Positions 29,189 through 38,574 of a DNA stretch of 64,000 nucleotides are shown here, piece after piece. Source of the stretch: an uncultured Gammaproteobacteria bacterium (GTDB lineage Bacteria > Patescibacteriota > Microgenomatia > CAZETR01 > Amesbacteraceae); contig CAZIVL010000001.1 of the NCBI GenBank assembly GCA_964543035.1, positions 236,159 to 300,158 on the forward strand, read 5' to 3'. Within the stretch, counting starts at the first letter, position 1. Every line of letters starts with the position of its first letter. The position numbers and the translations under genes are program-made. The notes below the pieces were generated by a model. The model made no database searches and was not told the origin of the DNA. It was given only the letters and a program-made list of their open reading frames with translations.

Positions 29189-30825
29189 AAAAACACACAC
29201 TACTACTGCTCTCGGTCCTGCTTCTGGTTGGATTTTTTCTAAGACTTTTCAGATTGTCTGCGGCCCCAGTTGAAATGTTTGGTGACGAGATTGATGTTGG
29301 TATCCAAAGCTATTCACTCCTCATTACTGGAAAGGATTATTTGGGACATCCTCTTCCCTTGTCCATCGCCTCCTTTTCTGAGTCCAGACTACCATTTTTG
29401 ATGTATTTCACGGTTCCTTTTGTAAAAATATTTGGCCTTACCGAACTAGGATTGCGACTGCCCATGATCGTGATCGGATTGCTTCTGATTATCGAGCTTT
29501 ACGTGTTGGCAAGCAGATTGTTTGGGGAAAAGATAGGCATTCTCGCGGCCTTTTTGTATACCATCTCCCCGTGGGCCATTCACTTTTCTAGATGGACCAA
29601 TGACAACGTGGGCATACTCTTGTTCGTGCTCCCCGCCATCTATCTCTTTCTCAAAAGAAACTATCTTTGGGCCATCCCTCTTCTTGCCCTTGCCTTCTAT
29701 ACCTATTCAGTGGCCACAGTGTTTATCCCACTCATGGGTCTGATCTTACTACTTGTGACGGTGCCTCTAAAAGAGATCTTGAACAAAAATATTATTTTAG
29801 GCGGCATTTTCGCCCTGATTATCTTGATTCCTTATGGGGTCACGGTAGTGTCTGCTGTGGGTTCAAATAGGTTTTCTCAGATTTCCATATTTGGGGACTC
29901 CACTCTTCTTCACGACCTTTTGACAAGACGGTCTCAGTCAGGCTCAGAGCTAACTCGTTACTTTAGAAACAGACCGTTATTTTACTTTCACGAATTCACA
30001 AACAGTTATCTGCGATCTTTTTCTACCGAATTTCTTTTTTTCAACGGAGATCCCATTCTTCGCCATTCCCCAGGTGGTATGGGGATGCTTTATCTGTTTG
30101 AGATCATAACAATCCCCGTGGGCCTCTCCTGGATGGTCCTAAATTGGCGCTCAAAGGCAGTCAGGCTTCTTCTGTTGTGGTTGCTTATAAGTCCGGTGTC
30201 ATCAGCTCTCACCAAAGATGGGGGAAATCATGCCGGTAGGCTGATTGTCATGTTGCCACCACTGCTTTTAGTTTCGGCTCTGGGTTTGCGGGTTATTTTG
30301 AAAAAAAGATTACTTTCTATTCTAGTTATAAGTGGGGCTGTATATTGCTTCTCATTTTTCATGTATCGCTACCACGTCGAATGGCCTCAAGATAGTTGGC
30401 GATTTTGGCAATTTGGCTTCAAAGAGGCATACACTTATGTCAAGTCTATCGATCCCAAGCCTACCCGTATCTTTTTCAACTCGACCTATGAGACTGCTTT
30501 GCCTAGGTTTATGTTTTGGTTTGCTTATGATCCTGCCAGATTCCAATCCCAAGTGACTAGACTTTCTTATCAAGATGACATCGTAGCGGGCTTTGATGGC
30601 TTCGCGCTAGAAAACAAATATTACTTTGGTACCATAAATATGGGTATTAGAGAAAGTGGGTTTTTAGCACTCATGCGACCTGGGGACATATATGTAGCCA
30701 GCTTCAGAGATGAGATTGGCACAGACGATTGGACCACGGGACCAATTGATGGGCTAAATGTAGACAAAATAATTTATAGTCCGACCGGAGAGAGACTGTT
30801 TGCCATTCTTTCCACTGCCAAATGA
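29185..30825 (+). CDS. ArnT/PMT-like GT-C glycosyltransferase
   Basis: GDEIDVG..SYSLLITGKDY.G, LRLP, SPWAIHFSR, FLFFNGD...RHS. Confidence 0.86.
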   Translation: MKKHTLLLLSVLLLVGFFLRLFRLSAAPVEMFGDEIDVGIQSYSLLITGKDYLGHPLPLSIASFSESRLPFLMYFTVPFVKIFGLTELGLRLPMIVIGLLLIIELYVLASRLFGEKIGILAAFLYTISPWAIHFSRWTNDNVGILLFVLPAIYLFLKRNYLWAIPLLALAFYTYSVATVFIPLMGLILLLVTVPLKEILNKNIILGGIFALIILIPYGVTVVSAVGSNRFSQISIFGDSTLLHDLLTRRSQSGSELTRYFRNRPLFYFHEFTNSYLRSFSTEFLFFNGDPILRHSPGGMGMLYLFEIITIPVGLSWMVLNWRSKAVRLLLLWLLISPVSSALTKDGGNHAGRLIVMLPPLLLVSALGLRVILKKRLLSILVISGAVYCFSFFMYRYHVEWPQDSWRFWQFGFKEAYTYVKSIDPKPTRIFFNSTYETALPRFMFWFAYDPARFQSQVTRLSYQDDIVAGFDGFALENKYYFGTINMGIRESGFLALMRPGDIYVASFRDEIGTDDWTTGPIDGLNVDKIIYSPTGERLFAILSTAK

Positions 30826-32117
30826 AAAAACTTTTTTTACCAATCCTACTTTTAGCCGGACTGATTTTCCGTTTGATCATCAGTGTTCAAATTTACAGTG
30901 GGGATATAAATAATCACATTTCCTGGGGCAAAGACATTTTGGAGTTTGGCCCGAGCGGTGTATACACTCGCGATTTTGCGTCACCATACAATACGTTGAC
31001 TCCCACTTATCCTCCTATCCCCCTTTTATTTTTTACCATTTCTAAAGCAGCGTTTGATTGGGCAGATAAAACAGTTTGGGATCTAAATTTTAGTGTTCCC
31101 ATATTTCCCTCAAATCTAGTCTTCTTCTTTGAAGATCAAGATACCATGCCAGCGTTCTATAAAGTCTGGGCAATAGCGTCAGACATAGTTATTGCCTACC
31201 TAGTTTTCCAGATAGCAAAAAAACATTTTTCAGACAAATCTAGATGGCCTTACGTTTTTTCAATACTCGTTTTATTTAATCCAGCCTTCTTTTATAACAG
31301 TGCATATTGGGGCCAGATAGAGGCTTTACCCATAATGTTTTTGATACTGGGGTTATATATTTTTTATCAAAAAAGACCAGTCTTGAGCAGTCTGTGTTTT
31401 ATGTTGGCTTTCCTGTCCAAACAGTCATCAATTATTTTTATCCCCATCCTTGCTCTTATGTTTCTTGTCTCGACAGACAAAATCAATATTTTGAAAGGTG
31501 TGATCCTCAGCCTGGTCGTTTTTTGGATTTCCTTTTTGCCTTTTATGAAACCAGCCGATACTCTAGCATTTCCAATTACTACTTATCTCGAAAAGATAAA
31601 ATCAGGCTCAGGCTCAGACTATGTCACAGATCACGCCTTCAACTTCTGGGCAATTCTGACTGGTTTAGGAAAGATCCCCGATGGTCGGATTTTTGAAGGA
31701 GGAATACCTTACCGAGGATGGGGATTAGTGTTTTTTGGTATCGCCTTAATCTTTGTTTTTGCCCCATTACTTAGAAAGAAGATTACTCCTCCCCAGATCT
31801 TTGGTAGTCTTAGCCTGATTAGCATTTCCGCATTTATGTTTCTGACTCGCATGCACGGTCGTTACCTTCAGCCGGCCTTGGCATTTCTTTTACTTTATTG
31901 CATTCATAGGAAAAAAATTCTTCCTGTTTTTATCTATTTATCAATTTTTTACTTTTTAAATCTTTATCACAATTGGTGGGCTCCTCGCATTCCATCCCTA
32001 GTAGATTTTATCTCAAAACAATTAACCATAGATCTATTTATAATAGGGGCAATGATCGGCTTCTCCATAATCTTAGTGGATTATTTCAGATTGTCATACC
32101 ATGAAAAGAACGGTTAA
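30822..32117 (+). CDS. GT87/PIG-M/ALG6-like GT-C glycosyltransferase
   Basis: GD...W, YPP, FNPA...SAYWGQIE, KQ, AFNFW, MHGRY. Confidence 0.8.
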   Translation: MKKLFLPILLLAGLIFRLIISVQIYSGDINNHISWGKDILEFGPSGVYTRDFASPYNTLTPTYPPIPLLFFTISKAAFDWADKTVWDLNFSVPIFPSNLVFFFEDQDTMPAFYKVWAIASDIVIAYLVFQIAKKHFSDKSRWPYVFSILVLFNPAFFYNSAYWGQIEALPIMFLILGLYIFYQKRPVLSSLCFMLAFLSKQSSIIFIPILALMFLVSTDKINILKGVILSLVVFWISFLPFMKPADTLAFPITTYLEKIKSGSGSDYVTDHAFNFWAILTGLGKIPDGRIFEGGIPYRGWGLVFFGIALIFVFAPLLRKKITPPQIFGSLSLISISAFMFLTRMHGRYLQPALAFLLLYCIHRKKILPVFIYLSIFYFLNLYHNWWAPRIPSLVDFISKQLTIDLFIIGAMIGFSIILVDYFRLSYHEKNG

Positions 32118-33294
32118 TATTACCTTATTTGCTCTTTTTTTCTATCTTTTTATATCCCCATTCTTTTTTCATCCTGATCTCAAGATCATTTATCACCACT
32201 CCCAATTTCTAACATCCGGAGTAATCAACATTTATAGTTTTTTAAACACACATCCAGAGCACGCTACTCTAGGTCAATTTGTTTATCCCCCCCTGACATA
32301 TCTCGTGTTTGGTACTATTTTTCCAATTGTTCGACTCCTGGCCGGTACTGACTTTGTTAGCTGGCTTGCCCAGGGCAACACCGCCGTTACCACCATTTAT
32401 ATTTTTAGATATCAATTTTTGCTCAAGCTTCCATTAATACTTCTTCATGTTGCCACGGGCTGGTTAATTTCTAAGTTATTTTCGGATTCCAAAGATAAGA
32501 GGATTGCTTTGGCTATCTGGTTTTTTAACCCAATTAGTATTTATGTTGTAGGCATTATTGGCCAATTTGACATTATCCCGGTGTTTTTTTCAGTTCTCTC
32601 ATTAGTTCTTTTTCCCAAAAGGCCATATCTGGCAGCAATTTGCTTGGGCCTGGGAGGAAGCTTAAAAACCTATCCCTTACTTTTGTTACCATTCTTGGGG
32701 ATTGCGGCTTTTTCGTCTTGGCCCAAAAGACTAAGTGTCATGGCGACAGGACTTCTTCCCTACATTCTTCTCATTGCCCCATTTTTGAAGGATCCTAGTT
32801 TTGTTGATAGTGTCTTAGTTTCAGGTTTGTCTCAAAGGCTCTTCCACATGAGCCTCACCACAGGTTTTGACAAATCTATTCTGATTATTCCCGGGGTAAT
32901 AAGTATAATTTTGTTTTATTTTATAAGCCAGGCTGACAAAAAGCCCCTCCTATCAGGATCCTATGCGGCAGTACTCTTGATAGCTTTGGCCGGTTCTCAT
33001 TTTCATCCTCAGTGGACACTTTGGGTGATGCCTTTTGTGACTATCTACCTAGTAAAAAAGCGCGAGTTATGGCCACTGGTTGTATTTTCTGTGGCCTGGA
33101 TTGCAGTTCTTTTGCTTTTTCCAGACAACTTTTTGACTTGGGGAGTAGTCAGTCCGCTTGATCCCCAAGCCTTCAATCTGCCGGCCATTAGCTCAATCTT
33201 GTCTCCCACCCTTCCTTGGGCAAATCTGGCCCAGACCTTCTTTGCTGCTATTTCGCTCTGGATTGCTTACAAATCTATCTCAAAGCATGAATAA
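32101..33294 (+). CDS. GT87/PIG-M-like GT-C glycosyltransferase
   Basis: HPD, YPPLTY, KLP, FFNP, GQFD, LKTYP, HPQW; paralog of 18188. Confidence 0.8.
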   Translation: MKRTVNITLFALFFYLFISPFFFHPDLKIIYHHSQFLTSGVINIYSFLNTHPEHATLGQFVYPPLTYLVFGTIFPIVRLLAGTDFVSWLAQGNTAVTTIYIFRYQFLLKLPLILLHVATGWLISKLFSDSKDKRIALAIWFFNPISIYVVGIIGQFDIIPVFFSVLSLVLFPKRPYLAAICLGLGGSLKTYPLLLLPFLGIAAFSSWPKRLSVMATGLLPYILLIAPFLKDPSFVDSVLVSGLSQRLFHMSLTTGFDKSILIIPGVISIILFYFISQADKKPLLSGSYAAVLLIALAGSHFHPQWTLWVMPFVTIYLVKKRELWPLVVFSVAWIAVLLLFPDNFLTWGVVSPLDPQAFNLPAISSILSPTLPWANLAQTFFAAISLWIAYKSISKHE

Positions 33295-33838
33295 GCTATT
33301 ATATTTATTACCGCTTATTTTTGTCATTGGAGCTCAAAGCTTGGTCTCACTATTCATAAAAAATAAAATTGATTATTCTATAGACGGATCCCTAGCATAC
33401 CCCCTCGAAAAGCCTATGCAAACCAGCTATGCTCCTACACACGCGGGTCTAAACATAATTGTCTTGCGTCTAAAAAACCCCGCTCTTGCCGATGAAAACA
33501 AGTACACATTGAAGCTTTTAAGTGGGAGCGATACTGTGATCAAATCGATCGATTTTGACGCCAGAAATGTGGGAGATCCCGCCGACCTTAAACTTCAGTT
33601 TGATCCATTGGTAAATTCCCAAGAGATTCGGTCCATAAGGCTCGAGCCTGTGGGAACATCTGGAAAATTACACGTATACATTGACGAGAAGGACCGAATC
33701 TCTTTCACTTCTTATTACCGTCGCTCTGGGTTCTCGTTATCATGGCCAGTCTTAAAAGATATTCCCTTCTTTGTCGCCTGGGCGATAGTACTTACGACCA
33801 TTTTTTATTTTAGTACCAAATGGCAAAAACAATCTTAG
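33287..33838 (+). CDS. Hypothetical membrane-anchored protein (N- and C-terminal TM, central beta-rich domain)
   Basis: Overlaps both neighbours; hydrophobic ends; no motif recognised. Confidence 0.65.
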   Translation: MNKLLYLLPLIFVIGAQSLVSLFIKNKIDYSIDGSLAYPLEKPMQTSYAPTHAGLNIIVLRLKNPALADENKYTLKLLSGSDTVIKSIDFDARNVGDPADLKLQFDPLVNSQEIRSIRLEPVGTSGKLHVYIDEKDRISFTSYYRRSGFSLSWPVLKDIPFFVAWAIVLTTIFYFSTKWQKQS

Positions 33839-35415
33839 TTCTCATCTTGATTTTAGCAGCTGGGTTACGCACCGTCGGGCTTTCCTCGCATCCGCCTGGG
33901 TTTACACCAGACGAAGCTGGCCTAGGCTACAATGCCTATTCGCTACTTCTTACGGGTCGAGATGAATGGGGAACGGTCTGGTGGCAGCTCCCAGTTACAA
34001 ATCTTCAATCATTTGGAGATTATAAGTTGCCACTATATTCATTCTTGGCAGTTCCCACCATCAAGATATTTGGCCTCAATGAATTTGCCGTCCGGCTCCC
34101 AAATGCCATTTTGGGAACCTTATCGATTCTAGCCGTGTTCCTGTTGGGTTCTCGCATCGGAGGTTCTCGCATCGGACTTTTGTCTGCCACTCTTATGGCT
34201 ATTTCACCATGGTCAATCCAAATGTCCAGAGGAGCGTTCGAGGCGAATCTCGTCTCTCTTTTTGTTCCTCTAGCAATTTATGCATATTTGTCTTCTCGTT
34301 TTATTCAGTCAGCTATTTTTTTTGTTTTAGGAGTTTATACTTACCATTCCGCCAAGATCCTTACCCCTTTGATATTGGTTGCGCTGTTTGTTTACAAACC
34401 AACCAAAAAAATTGCCTTTTTTATGATACTGGGTGTGTTATTGATACCTGCTTTGATTTCTCAAATTGGCCTTGGGGGGAGCAGGTCGTCTGACCTTCTT
34501 ATTTTTAAACCCACCGACAATTGGGAGTATGTGTCTGCCCGCAGGTTTGCAGCCCGTAGTTTCGGAGTTCCGGATACAATCGCCAGGGTATTTTCAAACA
34601 AACTTACCTATGTCGCCACCACTTGGTTTGAGAACTATGCGTCATACCTATCTCCCCAATTTTTATTTACAAATGGTCCATCCGAGGGCACCTACGGCAT
34701 GCTGAGAGGAAGGGGAGTCCTCTATAGATTAGACCTGATCGCAATTTGTATATTCGTAGCTATTTTGATAAAAAATCCCACTCGAAAAAATATTTTATTG
34801 ACGACCCTCATTTTTTTAAGTTTCTTGCCTGCTTCTTTGACCAAAGGAGCGGGATTGGCCGCAAATCGGACAGTCATCGCTTTACCTTTCATTGCGATCG
34901 CGTTGGCGATTGGAGTAGGCAAGTTATCTATGGCACTAAAACCAGCCATTTATATCGTCATGGCTCTATACTGCTTGAGCTTGGTATATTTTGCTTACGA
35001 TTACGTCTATTTTGCAAAGACTAACATGGGCCAAGACATGCACATAGGCAAAAAAGAGTTGTTTGAAAGAACTATGCCCATAGCAGCCGGTTTCAACCAA
35101 ATAAAATTTAGTCGTACTCTTTCCAATCCCCATATTTTCTTTGCCTTTTTCACAGCGACTCCACCCACAGAATACCAAAAAGCAATCGCTCCCTATAAGA
35201 ATCTGAAAAATCATGGAGTAAATTTTGTAGATCAACTGTCCGACTACTCAATTGGCAAATATCATTTTGGTGACTCCCTTGTGGAAAAACCAGTTTCCCA
35301 GCCGACCTTGTTTGTAGGCAAGCCAGATCAATTTGATTCTATATCAGGAGAGTATTTTCATATTGATTATCCCAATGGCACCGAAGCTTACCGAGTTGTA
35401 GAAAAAAAGCCATGA
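33820..35415 (+). CDS. ArnT/PMT-like GT-C glycosyltransferase
   Basis: PDEAGLGYNAYSLLLTGRDEWG, SFGDYKLP, EFAVRLP, SPW...SRGAFEAN. Confidence 0.88.
   Translation: MAKTILVLILILAAGLRTVGLSSHPPGFTPDEAGLGYNAYSLLLTGRDEWGTVWWQLPVTNLQSFGDYKLPLYSFLAVPTIKIFGLNEFAVRLPNAILGTLSILAVFLLGSRIGGSRIGLLSATLMAISPWSIQMSRGAFEANLVSLFVPLAIYAYLSSRFIQSAIFFVLGVYTYHSAKILTPLILVALFVYKPTKKIAFFMILGVLLIPALISQIGLGGSRSSDLLIFKPTDNWEYVSARRFAARSFGVPDTIARVFSNKLTYVATTWFENYASYLSPQFLFTNGPSEGTYGMLRGRGVLYRLDLIAICIFVAILIKNPTRKNILLTTLIFLSFLPASLTKGAGLAANRTVIALPFIAIALAIGVGKLSMALKPAIYIVMALYCLSLVYFAYDYVYFAKTNMGQDMHIGKKELFERTMPIAAGFNQIKFSRTLSNPHIFFAFFTATPPTEYQKAIAPYKNLKNHGVNFVDQLSDYSIGKYHFGDSLVEKPVSQPTLFVGKPDQFDSISGEYFHIDYPNGTEAYRVVEKKP
34147..34176 (+). 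repeat. Perfect 15-bp in-frame tandem duplication
   Basis: ggttctcgcatcgga x2, encoding GSRIG GSRIG. Confidence 0.85.
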
Positions 35416-37031
35416 AAAAATTTATAGTCCTTGTTTTACTTCTGTCCTTGCCCACGTTCGGCCTCATGCTCAGGCCTGGCATCTTCACAATGCATGATTT
35501 TCATCCATTCAGACTTTTTGAGTTTAATAAATGTATACAAGATGGGATTTTTCCTTGTAGGTGGGCACCCGATGCCGAAAATGGCTATGGAGAGCCCTTG
35601 TTCAATTTTTATGGTCAATTTCCGTACTGGGTAGGGGAGTTATTTGTGCTTTCGGGCTTTGGAATTCTCACTTCCATCAAGATTACATTTATTCTTACTC
35701 TTGTCTTATCCGGATTGGCCATGTATTGGGTGGCATCCAGATATTCAAATTACAAACTCGGCCTACTCGCCTCGCTTTTGTATGTATACGCGCCCTACCG
35801 AGCAGTAGACGTCTGGGTTCGAGGGGCTTTGGGAGAGGCTTTCGCATTTATTCTTTATCCTCTGATTTTTTATTTCTTGGACCAAGCCATCACTGTCCGG
35901 AAATCCAAATACTTTATTCTATTGGCTGTCTTCGTGGCCCTACTCATTATCACGCACAACCTTTCATTCGTGATGTTTGGTCTGGCATTGGGAGCCTGGA
36001 CAATATTCCGCATGATTTCTACTAGGAGTTGGATTGCTATCCCCAATCTATTCTTGTCCGGGATCCTGGCATTACTTTTATCCTCCTTCTATTTATTGCC
36101 AGTTGCCGTGGAGACGTCGCTTATCTCTTTGCAAAGCGCCACCACCGAAGGCTATTACAATTACCAGTTACATTACACGAGTCTTAAGCAGCTTTTTTGG
36201 TCCAGATTTTGGGGCTATGGGGCGTCAGTTTGGAGTGATGGCGACGGCATGAGTTTTTCTGCCGGCCAAATTCAGGCCACAGTATTAGGGGCAGCCCTAA
36301 TCGCCTCCATCATAAGAAGAAATCAGAAAGGTGTGATTCTTTCTCTTTTGGGTGTGCTTTGTTTGTTTATGACCCACGGCAAATCAGAGATTATCTGGAA
36401 ACTCTTGCCCCCTCTGACTTATATTCAGTTTCCCTGGCGTTTTCTGGCTCCCGCCGCCTTCTTCTCTACTCTGGCAGCAGCTACTTCTTTTCATGGTCTT
36501 CGCATCCCCAAAACAATCTTGGCTACAGTCATTATTCTTGTAATTATGACCAATGTAGATTTTTTCCGCCCCGATATCTGGCATGTAACAGACGATGTCA
36601 CATTTTTTTCCGGAAAAAATATGGAATATCAGATGCAAGCCCACAAAGACTTCTGGCCAAAGACGGCAGGTCCTCCTCCTCAATCTCTAGCTCCTACTGA
36701 GGCAGAATTTACTCAAGGATCAGGTATCGTGAAGCAGATCTCAAAAAGATCAGCTTCCATGGTATACGATATCAATATATTTAATGGGCCTTCTACGGTC
36801 GTTTTTCCCGTCGTGTTTTTTCCGGGATGGACTAGTCTTGTAGACGGTGTACAGCAACCAGTATATCCAGATCCCAGTACCGGACATATGGCGATTGATC
36901 TACCAGCAGGGGAGTGGACCGTCGAGCTAAAATTTATAGATACCTGGCCTAGGACGCTTGGCAATGTCATAAGTGCCGGAGCCTTGCTAGGCGTGATCAG
37001 CTTTGTAATTCTAAAGTATGAAAAAAAATAA
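35412..37031 (+). CDS. GT-C-type membrane protein (PTPS-related membrane domain / YfhO-like)
   Basis: MHD, DGIFPCRWAPD, GYGEPLFNFY, YAPYR..D..VRGA..E, QFPWRF, FFPGW; paralog of 7683. Confidence 0.85.
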   Translation: MKKFIVLVLLLSLPTFGLMLRPGIFTMHDFHPFRLFEFNKCIQDGIFPCRWAPDAENGYGEPLFNFYGQFPYWVGELFVLSGFGILTSIKITFILTLVLSGLAMYWVASRYSNYKLGLLASLLYVYAPYRAVDVWVRGALGEAFAFILYPLIFYFLDQAITVRKSKYFILLAVFVALLIITHNLSFVMFGLALGAWTIFRMISTRSWIAIPNLFLSGILALLLSSFYLLPVAVETSLISLQSATTEGYYNYQLHYTSLKQLFWSRFWGYGASVWSDGDGMSFSAGQIQATVLGAALIASIIRRNQKGVILSLLGVLCLFMTHGKSEIIWKLLPPLTYIQFPWRFLAPAAFFSTLAAATSFHGLRIPKTILATVIILVIMTNVDFFRPDIWHVTDDVTFFSGKNMEYQMQAHKDFWPKTAGPPPQSLAPTEAEFTQGSGIVKQISKRSASMVYDINIFNGPSTVVFPVVFFPGWTSLVDGVQQPVYPDPSTGHMAIDLPAGEWTVELKFIDTWPRTLGNVISAGALLGVISFVILKYEKK

Positions 37032-38574
37032 TCTCTTACTACTGACCATTTTGATAATCACGGGTGCCGTATTGCGCTTTGCTTGGCTGGATCAGTTTCC
37101 TCCTAGTCCAAACTGGGATGAAGTATCTTTAGGGTACAACGCATATTCACTCCTTCTCACTGGTCGTGATGAGTGGGGGATGACCCTGCCCACGATTTTT
37201 AGAGCATATGGAGACTTCAAGCTTCCGGGCTACGTGTATTTTCTGACTCCAGTCATCAAAGTACTTGGTCTTTCGACGCCTGGCATCAGATTCCTCTCCG
37301 CATTAGTCGGAGTATTAAGTATTTTTCTAGTCTATTTTCTGGGAATCAGGCTCACAAAAAATAAAATCGTCGCTGGTGTGGCCGCATTCTTTATGTGTAT
37401 TTCACCCTGGAGCTTCTTTGTCTCCCGGGTCGCTCTTGAGGCCAATTTGGGGCTTTTTTTCTTCCTGTTAGGAGTAAGCTTAATTGCTTCCCAGAGATTA
37501 TTTTTGTCAATTTTGCTTTTAGGTCTCTCTGCTTGGACATACAATTCTTTTCGCATATTTACCCCTCTATTCCTAGTTTCATACGTTTTTTTGATGCGAA
37601 AGCACCTAAAAATATCTCTAATTCACTATTTATTATTCATAATTCTCTTTGTCCCCATTTTCATCCAGCTTCTCTCACCCTCGGGCCAAGCCAGATTTTA
37701 TTGGACTACCATACTTGATTCGGGTGCAATTTCTCACATCAACGAGCTTCAGAGTCGCCCAGGGGGCCGGCTTGTTTACAACAAGTTGACCTACTTCGCC
37801 TTTGTATTCACTCAAAATTATTTCCGTCACTTCTCCCCCCAAGAGCTTTTTTTGACAGGACCTACAAATTATCAATTTAGCGTTCCTGAACACGGGCTAT
37901 TTTATTTAGTGACTCTCCCATTTTTTTATCTCGGCCTCACGCAGCTACCCAGGCGAAGAGTTTTTCTGTTATGGCTGATCTTGGGTCCTTTTGCCAGCAG
38001 TGCGACACGTGACTCGCCCCACGTTTTGAGGTCCATCCCACTTTTGCCAGTATATATCTATTCTATTTCTATAGGAATGTTTTTCTTGCATCAAAAATTA
38101 AAGAAGCTTAGGATTCTTCATATTGTCACGGCAGTAAGTCTAGCGCTTGCAGTTCTTTATCTTCGCATTTACACCACGACCTATCCGAGAGACTATTCTT
38201 GGGCCTGGCAATATGGGCATGTGCAATTGGCAGAGTACCTTCAAAAAAATTATGCTAACTACGATCAAATAATTATGACAAAAAGATATGGAGAGCCTCA
38301 CGAGTTTATTAACTTTTTTCTCAAAGTGCCTCCAACAGACTTTCAAAATTCGTCATCAAAAAAATGGGACTATCACGCCAGTTGGTATTGGGTAGATGAA
38401 TTTGCAAAATTTAGGTTTGTAAACGATTGGGAATTACTAGATCAATTAAAATCCCTTGATCCATCCAAAAGATATTTAGTCATTACAAGCCCTGACAATC
38501 CGGCAAGCGGGGATCCTCTACAAGAGATATTATTTTTAGACGGCAAACCGGCATTTTTCATAAATCGACTATGA
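37018..38574 (+). CDS. ArnT/PMT-like GT-C glycosyltransferase
   Basis: WDEVSLGYNAYSLLLTGRDEWG, YGDFKLP, SPW...SRVALEAN. Confidence 0.88.
   Translation: MKKNNLLLLTILIITGAVLRFAWLDQFPPSPNWDEVSLGYNAYSLLLTGRDEWGMTLPTIFRAYGDFKLPGYVYFLTPVIKVLGLSTPGIRFLSALVGVLSIFLVYFLGIRLTKNKIVAGVAAFFMCISPWSFFVSRVALEANLGLFFFLLGVSLIASQRLFLSILLLGLSAWTYNSFRIFTPLFLVSYVFLMRKHLKISLIHYLLFIILFVPIFIQLLSPSGQARFYWTTILDSGAISHINELQSRPGGRLVYNKLTYFAFVFTQNYFRHFSPQELFLTGPTNYQFSVPEHGLFYLVTLPFFYLGLTQLPRRRVFLLWLILGPFASSATRDSPHVLRSIPLLPVYIYSISIGMFFLHQKLKKLRILHIVTAVSLALAVLYLRIYTTTYPRDYSWAWQYGHVQLAEYLQKNYANYDQIIMTKRYGEPHEFINFFLKVPPTDFQNSSSKKWDYHASWYWVDEFAKFRFVNDWELLDQLKSLDPSKRYLVITSPDNPASGDPLQEILFLDGKPAFFINRL
37619..37646 (+). repeat. Intragenic heptamer tandem array (4x NWATTYW)
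   Basis: taattca ctattta ttattca taattct. Confidence 0.6.
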
